Positions 53,595 through 64,000 of a stretch of 64,000 nucleotides of DNA are shown here, piece by piece. A program made the translations under genes and the position numbers. Under the pieces are notes generated by a model that saw only the letters and a list, made by a program, of their open reading frames with translations, did not search any database and had not been told where the DNA came from. This stretch comes from Octopus vulgaris (Eukaryota): NCBI GenBank assembly GCA_951406725.2, contig OX597836.1, forward strand, positions 12,586,001-12,650,000, in the 5' to 3' direction. The first letter of the stretch is position 1. The number at the start of each line of letters is the position of its first letter.

Positions 53595-53795
53595 ATAGAC
53601 TGTTAGCTCCTACACGCATTTTTTTCTCTCCTTGTTTCTCTCCTTTCTTTTCTGTGTAACTTTCTGTTGAAGAGCGTAGGCTCGAAACGTAAAAGACTTG
53701 TTCTATTTCTATTCCTGAGTGCCATACTAATACATTTGTTTGTTTGTACTCTACCTGCCTTCGACTTTTGTTTATTTTCGTAAACCTTCCCATTG
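53595..53795 (+). mobile_element. Family A element nested in a SINE microsatellite, hammerhead-like motif at 53660-53695
   Basis: ctttCTGTTGAaGAGCgtagGCTCGAAAcgtAaaag. The host SINE spans ~53367-53977 on the minus strand. Confidence 0.75.
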
Positions 53796-54187
53796 TATAT
53801 ATATATATATATACGACGGGTTTCTTTCAGTTTCCGTCTACCAAATCCACTCACAAGGCTTTGGTCGGCCCAAGGCTATAGTAGAAGACACATGCCTAAG
53901 GAGCCGCGCAGTGGGACTGAACCCGGAACCATGTGGTTGGTAAGAAAGCTACTTACCACACAGCCACTCCTACGCCTGTTTAATTGATCTCTTTTGCCAA
54001 GCCACTAATCATCAACATTTAATTTTGGGGCAGGGTCAGAGATGGAGTGGGTGAAGTGGGGGTGCAAATTCAAAATCTGCAACCCCATTTTTCTCAGGTT
54101 TAGAAAACCCGTGTAAAGATTAATCCGTAAAAAGTAGCTTGAAGTTAGGTTTCTTCTCAAAGAAGATGTATAAGTAAAACATGTATA

Positions 54188-54605
54188 GGCGCAGGAGTGG
54201 CTGTGTGGTAAGTAGCTTGCTTACCAACCACATGGTTCTGGGTTCAATCCCACTGCGTGGCACCTTGGGCAAGTGTCTTCTGCTATAGCCTCGGGCTGAC
54301 CAATGCCTTGTGAGTGGATTTGGTAGACGGAAACTGAAAGAAGCCTGTCGTATATATGTATATATATATGTATATATATATGTATATGTGTGTATGTTTG
54401 TGTGTCTGTGTTTGTTCCCCTAGCATTGCTTGACAACTGATGCTGGTGTGTTTACGTCCCCGTAACTTAGCGGTTCAGCAAAAGAGACCGATAGAATAAG
54501 TACTGGGCTTACAAAAGAATAAGTCCTTGGGGTCGATTTGCTCGACTAAAGGCGGTGCTCCAGCATGGCCGCAATCAAATGACTGAAACAAGTAAAAGAG
54601 TAAAG
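54188..54605 (+). mobile_element. Abundant tRNA-derived SINE
   Basis: Full-length copy of the 4416 family. Others at ~57297-57660 (-), ~60238-60634 (+) and ~62507-62950 (+, interrupted). Confidence 0.9.
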
Positions 54606-55641
54606 AGATAATAAAACGTATAAATAAATACCAGTGATACACTGGGGGTCAATGTAATCAATTAGTTCCCTCCCACACATTTCAGGCCTTGTGTCTATAG
54701 TAGAAAGGATTATTATTGTTGTTGTTGTTGTTGTTGTTGTTAAGACAGTGAACTTTACAAGAATTGTTATAAGTGGCACAAGAAAAAAAAAAAAAGAAAA
54801 ACCACTTTGCAATATTTATTCTGGTTCTTCACACTGTCATCAAAAATCATCACCACCACCACCACCATCACCACCATCATCATCATCAATATAATCATCG
54901 TCGACATCACTATCAATGTAATCATCATCATCATCATCATCGTTGTCGTGACTTTTTTTTCACAATAAATTATCGATCCAAGTGCGTTGCATTTTGAGGT
55001 TATCTCTCGTCTTTCCTTGAAGCAAAATATGCACACACACACACACGTGGATGCATACACACACATTACCACCACCTCACCTGTCACCACCAACTTCCTT
55101 ATTGTCACAAATAAATTCCATCATTGCTATTATTATTATTGTTATCATTATTATTATTATTGTTATTATTATTATTACTATTATTATTGTTATCATTATT
55201 ATTATTATTATTGTTATCATTATTATTATTATTGTTATTATTACTATTATTATTATTATTGTTATCATTATTATTATTATTGTTGTTATCATTATTATTA
55301 TCATTATTACTATTGTTATTATTGTTATTGTTATCAATAATTCTATTACTATTATTATTATCATCATCACTATTAGTAGTAGTAGTAGTATTAATGTTAT
55401 TACCACTACTACAATTCTTATTATTATTAGTAGTAGCATCATCATCATCATCATCATCAATATCATCATCATCCCTATCATTACTGTCATCATTATCATC
55501 ATCAACATCCTCACCATCATCATCATCATCATCATCCTCACCATCATCATCATCATTCCCATCATCATCGTCATCATCATTGTTATTATTATCATCATCA
55601 TCATCATTGTTATTGTCGTCATCGTCATCCTCCTCCTCCTC

Positions 55642-55697
<56 letters not shown>

Positions 55698-55939
55698 ATT
55701 CAGTAGTGTTGTTTTTTGATTGCGTGCTTTCCGTGCTGCCGAGTACACCTTGGAGCGCCTCAGGTGTGTTGCACTGTTATATTTTGGTTCGCTTGTTTCT
55801 ATTATATTCAAAGTACTCAATGTAATTAATATGATGTGTGCAGCACCTACCAAATCCATTTTCTGCATGCTATGCATATTTACAACACTTCAGGCTCATG
55901 TCACGTATATCTCTGCATGTGCTAGTTCATATATCTATA

Positions 55940-55984
<45 letters not shown>

Positions 55985-56267
55985 ATATACACATATATAT
56001 ATATACATATATATATATATACACATATATATACACATATATATATACACACATACACACATACATATTCTTTTATTCTCTTAGTTGTATCAGTCATTTG
56101 ATTGCGGCCATGCTGGAGCACCGCCTTTAGTCGACCAAATTGACACCAGGACTTGTTCTTTGTAAGCCTAGTACTTATTCTATTGGCCTCTTTTTGCTGA
56201 ACTGCTAAGTTATGGGGATGTAAACATCAGTTGTCAGGCGATGTTAGGGGAACAAACACAGACACAA

Positions 56268-56301
<34 letters not shown>

Positions 56302-56659
56302 ATAATACATTATATATATATGCACACATACATACATATATACAAACACATATATATATATACATATATACACACATATATATACATACATATATGCACA
56401 CATATATATACATACATACATATACACACATACATATATATATATACATATACACATACATATATATATATACATATACACATACATATATATACATACA
56501 TATATACATATACATACACATACATACATACACATACATATATATACATACATACATACATACATATACATACATACATATATATATACATACATACATA
56601 TATATACATACATACATATACATACATACATACATACATATACATACATACACATACAT

Positions 56660-56702
<43 letters not shown>

Positions 56703-56757
56703 CATATATATACACACATATATATATATATATACACACACACATATATTTACACAC

Positions 56758-56797
<40 letters not shown>

Positions 56798-57659
56798 TAC
56801 ACACACACGTCATTCTGAATCTATTTATAACATCATTCTGTTTGTCACAGTATGCGTCCGTATGTTATTCTTCAAAGGGAATTTTTTGAAAAAAAAAAAA
56901 AAACGCTGCGTGAAAGGAAAAACAAAAACGACAATACAAAAAAAAAAAATTAAAAAAAAAAAAAAAGAAAGCAAGCTACTGTGTTTTCCAAAGCAAAACA
57001 TGGAGGCGTTTTTCCGAGTAGAAACTGAAAGTATTTCGTAACAGAAAGAAACTATAAACGGATCTAATATGTTTTTGATAATCATTCGCAAACCATTCTT
57101 TAAGGAAGGACATAACACCACATAAATGTAATGGAATAAGATTCTAGTTGTTTGCAATGGAGCAGCGATGTCACGTTTTGCGATTTTTTAAACAGTTTCA
57201 TGTTGACTCAGCAAGCTTTTGTTACTCTTCATCTTATAAAGTACCTAGACTGCACTCTAACCTCACAATCTACTTTGCTGCTGCGGCTGTTATTATACTC
57301 TCTTTTACTTGTTTCAGTCATTTGACTGCGGCCATGCTGGAGCACCACCTTTTAATCGAGCAACTCGACCCCGGGACTTATTCTTTTTGTAAGCCCAGTA
57401 CTTATTCTATCGGTCACTTTTGGCGAACCGCTAAGTGACGGGGACATAAACACACCAACATCGGTTGTCAAGTGATGTTGGGGGGACAAACACAGACACA
57501 CAAACATACACATATATATACATATATATATACGACGGGCTTCTTGGTCAGCCCGAGGCTATAGTAGAAGACACTTGCCCAAGGTGCCACGCAGTGGGAC
57601 TGAACCCAGAACCATGTGGTTGGTAAACAAGCTACTTACCACACAGCCACTCCTGCGCC

Positions 57660-57688
<29 letters not shown>

Positions 57689-57692
<4 letters not shown>

Positions 57693-58045
57693 CTTCGCCT
57701 TCAAAGGCGGAGGTATTGTTTTCAGTTGTATTTGTTTGCTTGTTTGTTTGTCCTTGGACAAGATATTTCAAGAACCGCTGGATGGATTCGGATGAAACTT
57801 TCGGCGATGTTTGGCCTTGTGACTGACATGAAATGATTAGATTTTGGGATTGATCCAATACCGGATTATTTTCCTGTTTTTTACTTAAGTTTTGAGAGCG
57901 GTCGCATTCATTTTTAGTATTCTCGTTTGTGAGAGCACTCAAGTTTAGTTAAGATATTCTCATTTTAAGAATCATTTCTGGCTTATCGTTGAGAGGATGC
58001 TAGTGTTGCCTTGATGGAGTTCTGCACTCCCTGAGGGCTCTTATT
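57689..58045 (+). mobile_element. Helentron-associated (DINE-1/HINE-like) non-autonomous element
   Basis: 5' ttatcttcgcc..aaaggcggagg palindrome, gtttgtttgt microsatellite, 3' gccttgatggag subTIR plus gcactc..tgag.gc hairpin, sitting in an (ATT)n tract. Confidence 0.7.
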
Positions 58046-58286
58046 GTTATTATTCTTATTAGTAGTAGTAGTATTATTATTAAGGTGATAAGCTGGCAGA
58101 ATCGTTAACATGCTGGGCGAAATGCTTAGAGGTATTTCATCTGCTGTTACATTATGAGTTCAAATTCTGCCAAAGTCCACTTTGCCTTTCATCCTTTCGG
58201 GGTCGATAAAATTAGTACCAGTTACACACTGGGATCGATGTAAAAACAAATATGAATGCACACACACATGCACATACATACATACA

Positions 58287-58322
<36 letters not shown>

Positions 58323-58399
58323 TATATATGTAACCGCGTGTGTATCTTTGGCAATTTTTTTCCTCCGTCTTCCCTTCCTTGGATCTTTCCTTTTTCTAT

Positions 58400-58434
58400 G
58401 TTTCTGACGAAGAGCTCCGCTCGAAACGTTAAAT
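58400..58434 (+). ncRNA. Minimal type-I hammerhead ribozyme motif in a TA-flanked ~140-bp element (58331-58473)
   Basis: gttt-CTGACGA-a-GAGC-tcc-GCTC-GAAA-cg-TT-aaat: canonical core with palindromic ACGT stem III. Confidence 0.75.
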
Positions 58435-58470
58435 CCTCCTTCTTTCTTTCCTTTCCTGAGCATCCAATAA

Positions 58471-58507
<37 letters not shown>

Positions 58508-61173
58508 ATCACACACACACGTGTGTGTGTGTAAGCAACAGGCTTCCACACAGTTTCCATCTACCTAATTCATTAACATGAAGCATTGGTCAGCCCAGGT
58601 TTGCAAAAAACAAAAAAAAAAACACTTGTCCAAAATGATGCCATGCGGTGAGACTGAACCTGGAGCCATACAGTTGCAAAAAGCAAACTTCTTAACCACA
58701 CAGCCATGCAAACTGATGTCAGTTAATCATAAAAGAGTAAACAAACAAACAAAAACAATTATGCCGGCTTTTGTATTATCTTTGGCATAAACCCCATATT
58801 TGTCAAAACGAAGAAATATTGCTCTACTCTAAACATTCCCGGCTCATACATCATTAATCACAGTCAACATCTCTGTAGGTCTTTCATCATTCTCATCAAT
58901 CATGCAATTATTGGGCAGACCATATAGTCTGTCCTGTAACTGCAGTTTTAAAAATGAATTAATCTTTTCTTAAAATTTTTCATTACAAAATGCTCAGGAG
59001 CAGGAGTGGCTGTGTGGTAAGAAGCTTGCTTCCCAACCACATGGTTCTGGGTTCACTCCCAGTGCATGGCACCTTGGGTACGTGTCTTCTACTATAGCTT
59101 CAGGTTGACCACAACCTTTTGAGTTGGTTTGGTAGATAGAAACTGAAAGAAACCCATTGTGTGTGTGTGTGTCTTTCTGTCTGTGTTTGTCCTCCCCGAC
59201 CATCACCCCTTGACAAGTGGTGTTGGTATGTTTACCTCCCCGTAACTTAGAGGTTTGGTAAAAAGAGATCACTAGAATAAGTATTAGATAAGGTGGCAAG
59301 CTGGCAGAAATGTTAGCACACCGGGCGAAATGCTTAGCGGTATTTCGTCTGCCGTTACGTTCTGAGTTCAAATTCCACCGAGGTCGACTTTGCCTTTCAT
59401 CCTTTCGGGGTCAATAAATTAAGTACCAGTTACGCACTGGGATCTATATAATCAACTTAATCCATTGTCTGTCCTTGTTTGTCCCCTCTGTGTGTGGCCC
59501 CTTGTGGGCAGTAAAGAATTAGGTATTTTGTCTGCTGCTATGTTCTGAGTTCAAATTCCTCTGAGGTCGACTTTGCCTTTCATCCTTTCGGGGTCGATAA
59601 ATTAAGTACCAGTTACACACTGGGGTCAATATAATCGACTTAATCCGTTTGTCTGTCCTTGTTTGTCCCCTCTGTGTGTGGCCCCTTGTGGGCAGTAAAG
59701 AAAGAAATAAGAATAAGTATTAGACTTTAAAAAATCAGAGATAGGTACTGGGGTTGATTTGTTCAACTGTAAACTCTTCAAAGCAATGCTCCAGCATGGC
59801 CACAGTCTAATGATTGAAACAAGTAGAAGACAGAAGACAAAAGATAAAACATTTAGAGGGACTGATGGAATTTTCTCTCTTGTTGTGCTTGGCATCAAAA
59901 ATTTCTCTGGTTCCTGCGTATTTTTCATGCAGAATGTATTCTTTTGCCGATTCTTGCTTTCAGGAAGGAATCAGCATTCAACAACCCTTCTCTTATGTTC
60001 AACAAAGGTCAATTATTAGCGTAATTGTTTCATCGGGAAGTAAATTTAGCTTTGGGTAAAGTTCTTATCAATTTATTTCAGTTCTGTTCCTATAACTAAC
60101 AGAGGGATTTTTTAGCTGTTTTGTAGCCAATTAAATAAGTCTTGAATGGGTTCGTAACTCCAAGAAAAATCCCATTTTGTAGATTCAATGTCTTTTCTGA
60201 TTTCCACTTATAAGATTCTATTTGCTTCTCCTCAATAGGCGCAGGAGTGGCTGTGTGGTAAGTAGCTTGCTAACCAACCACATGGTTCCGGGTTCAGTCC
60301 CACTGCATGGCATCTTGGGCAAGTGTCTTCTGCTATAGCCCCGGGCCGACCAATGCCTTGTGAGTGGATTTGGTAGACGGAAACTGAAAGAAGCCTGTCG
60401 TATATATGTATATATATATGTATGTGTGTGTATGTGTCTGTGTTTGTCCTCCTAGCATTGCTTGACAACCGATGCTGGTGTGTTTATGTCCCCGTCACTT
60501 AGCGGTTCGGCAAAAGAGACCGATAGAATAAGTACTGGGCTTACAAAAGAATAAGTCCCGGGGTCGAGTTGCTCGACTAAAGGCGGTGCTCCAGCATGGC
60601 CGCAGTCAAATGCCTGAAACAAGTAAAAGAGTAAATACATAACGGGGTCAATAAGCTCAACTAAGATTCTTCAAGGCGGTGCCCCAGCATGGCCACAGTC
60701 TAATGACTGAAACAAGCAACGGATAAAAAAATTCAAGTAAAAGAGTAAAGAGTAAAGAGTAATACTGTTTTGCTTTGATTTTTCTCAGAAGCTGTTGAGT
60801 TTGGCTGGCATGTTCAGCCGTGTTGTCTGTAACTAATGTCTGTGGTGGTGAATATATATATATATATGCTACGGGCTTCTTTCAGTTTCAATCTACAAAT
60901 CCACTCACAAGGCTTTGGTCGACCCGAGGCTATAGTAGAAAACACTTGCCCAAGGTGCCACGCAGTGGGACTGAACCCAGAACTATGTGGTTGGTAAGCA
61001 AGCTACTTACCACACAGCCACTCCTAAGCCTATAATTTCCCTTAATTTCTGTAAAAAATTTTTATTTCATTTGTTTTTTAGCTGAATTGTTTATATTTAT
61101 GTCTGTTTTTGTGTATGTATGTCTGTATGAGTATATGCATTTATATTTTTGCATATAAGTATATGTATGTATA

Positions 61174-61399
61174 CGAGGTGGGTGTTGAAAAGTTCCTGAC
61201 TTTAAGGGTGTTGCGAAAGGCCTGACTGAAGGTCCAACCATCCAAGTTCTTTTACAGGGCTTAGAAAATCTGAAGGACCCCTGCAATAAGTGTGTGAATC
61301 TACGAATCTAAGAGGGGAATATGTTGAATAAAATCATAATTTACTGATCCGTCTCTATTTTCTTTTTCTCAAAGTCAGGAACTTTTCAGAATCCCCTTG
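61174..61399 (+). mobile_element. mariner-derived MITE
   Basis: TA|CGAGG..GTGTTGAAAAGTTCCTGACTTT ... AAAGTCAGGAACTTTTCAGAATCCCCTTG|TA, with an internal remnant KCVNL..GEYVE*. Confidence 0.85.
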
Positions 61400-61520
61400 T
61401 ACCTGTGTATGTGTATACACAAATATACAAGTGTAAACACATGCACACACAAATATACATACATGCACATAAATATATACATATACTTACATACACATAT
61501 ACATGTACATACACACATAA

Positions 61521-61581
<61 letters not shown>

Positions 61582-63145
61582 AAAGACATAAACAGAAGTG
61601 CTTCAGCTGAAGAAAAAAATTAAAAAACATAAGAATTCTTTATGGAAATTGCTGAATAAGTAGTTTCACTTTTCATGTACTTTCTCTGAAAAATTGCTAT
61701 TATATAAAACAAGACTCATAGTTATGGCCACGTATGGAGCAGAAGTATAAATGTACACATGAGAATATTGGCATGCATCTATGTATGTATATCATTATTC
61801 AGTTTTATTTCAAGATTTTCTGCTAATAGAGAAAGAGTTGGTTTCTAACCTAGATCCATGGCTCATTCATTGGAATTTTAACATCATCATTTAACGTCCA
61901 CTTTCCATGCTAGCATGGGTTGGAATATTTGACTGAGGACTGGCAAACCAGATAGCTGCACCAGACTCCAATCTGATCTGGCAGAGTTTCTTCAGCTGGA
62001 TGCCCTTCCTAATGCCAACCACTCCAAGAGTGTAGTGGGCGCTTTTACGTGACACCGGCACGAGAGCCAGTCTGGTGGTACTGGCTACAGCCACGCTCAA
62101 ATGGTGTTTTTTACGTGTCACCTGCATAGGAGTCAGTCCAGCGGCACTGGCAACGACCTCGCTCGAATGTTTTGTTCACGTGCCAGTAAGGTGACACTGG
62201 TAACAATCACGCTAAAATGGTGCTTTTTACATGCCACCAGCACGGAAGTCAGACAGTGGCTCAGGCAGAGATCCCACTTCTACTATAGCCTCAAACCGAG
62301 CAATGCCTTGCAAGTGGATTTGGTAGATGGAAACTGAAAGAAGCCTGTTGTGTGTGTGTGTGTGTGTGTTTTTGTGTATGTGTTTGTTTTCCACCACTGC
62401 TTGACAAGTGGTGCTGGTGTGTTTATATTTCTGCAACTTAGCAGTTCAACCAAATATACTGATAGAATAAGTACCAGGCTTTACAAAGGAAAAAAAATAA
62501 CAAATAGGCGCAGGAGTGGCTGTGTGGTAAGTAGCTTGCTTACCAGCCATGTGGTTCCGGGTTCAGTCCCACTGCGTGGTACCTTGGGCAAGTGTCTTCT
62601 ACTATAGCCTTGGCCCAACCAAAGCTTTGTGAGTGAATTTGGTAGACAGAAACTAAAAGAAGCCCGTCGTATATATGTATGTGTGTGTGTGTGTGTTTTT
62701 GAGTCTGTGTTTGTTCCCCCAACATCGCTTGACAACCGATGGGTTGGACAGTTCGACCGAGGTCTGGGGAGCCAGGGACTGCACCAGGCTCCAGTCTGAT
62801 CTGGCAGTGTTTCTACAGCTGGATGCCCTTCCTAACGCCAACCACTCCGCTAGCTTACAAAGAATAAATCCTGGGGTCGATTTGCTCGACTAAAGGCGGT
62901 GCTCCAGCATGGCTGCAGTCAAATGACTGAAACAAGTAAAAGACTAAAATAGTAAATACATAACGGGGTCAATAAGCTGAACTAAGATTCTTCAAGGCGG
63001 TGCCCCAGCATGGCCACAGTCTAATGACTGAAACAAGCAATGGATAAAAAAATTCAAGAAGTATACTGCTGTACAGTATAGTACTGAAACAAAACTCTTT
63101 TAATGTGCTAGTAATTTATTGAGCTCTCTGTTATTTTTCACACAG

Positions 63146-63192
63146 ATATTAGACAATTACCACAGCAGGGAATTTAAAAGCATACAGAAGAG
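63146..63192 (+). other. Candidate isolated exon (47 nt; ILDNYHSREFKSIQK if coding)
   Basis: ttatttttcacacag| acceptor and consensus GAG|gtaagt donor in unique sequence; only one open frame; no homology recognised. Confidence 0.35.
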
Positions 63193-63346
63193 GTAAGTAA
63201 TGTCTTAATGACTTCTGAATGTTCCATTTATCAGCACTTTCACTTTTGCCATTAATGTAAAAGTATTTTGTTCTCATGCTTTTTCTTTCTTCGATCTATG
63301 TATGTGAATATATATATATATATATATACACACACATACATACATG

Positions 63347-63379
<33 letters not shown>

Positions 63380-63401
63380 ATGTACACACCTACATACATA
63401 C

Positions 63402-63434
<33 letters not shown>

Positions 63435-64000
63435 CTCATATGTAAATATATATTTCATAAATATGAGAAAGGATTTTTACATGCATACACATAGATATAT
63501 GTAGGTATGCATATACGTTGGTGCATGTGTGCGTGTATATATTTGATAAGGATAAGAAAGAAATTATCACTGCCATGTATGTATTTATAGGTGTGTGTAT
63601 GTATGTACACACACATACAGATATATACACACATTATGAAGATGAGGATAAGAGATTTGTATTACACACACACATATATACATATATACCATGCTAGCAT
63701 GGAGAACGGACGTTAAACGATGATGATGATGATGATATATATATATTTATATATGAAACTATATAACTATATACATACATCATATATATATATGAAACTA
63801 TATAACTATATATAAATATACATCATATATATATATATATGAAACTATATAACTATATACATACTTCATATATATATATATATATATATAAACATGTATA
63901 TTTATGCATCAAAATGAGAATTAAAGATTTTTATATGTATAGATGCACACACACACACGTTAGATGCACACACACATACGTTATATTCACACATATAAAT

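Overview
AT-rich, microsatellite-dense eukaryotic genomic DNA. The SINE/LINE repertoire and simple-repeat landscape suggest an octopus or other coleoid cephalopod; this is an inference, not verified. The only confidently recognisable gene is the 3' half of an exostosin-1 (EXT1/tout-velu) heparan-sulfate polymerase on the + strand: five GT-AG exons at 4898-5149, 7834-7932, 8635-8724, 10465-10625 and 12523-12886, followed by a probably long 3' UTR. The rest is mostly tRNA-derived SINEs, RTE and R4/Dong LINE fragments, Helitron/Helentron, mariner, pogo and piggyBac MITEs, minisatellites and simple repeats. Most ORFs in the supplied track are repeat artefacts. The most interesting signal is a set of short non-coding elements that insert into (TA)n/(CA)n tracts and carry minimal type-I hammerhead ribozyme motifs with palindromic stem III, as in Penelope-like elements. 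One family has a non-canonical CUGUNGA core, one is headed by a tRNA-like Pol III promoter, and one has an extended stem II. Several long fold-back hairpins occur in similar inserts, some inside the EXT1 transcript. A few unannotated candidate exons are also noted. All structures were read by eye; no folding or database search was run.
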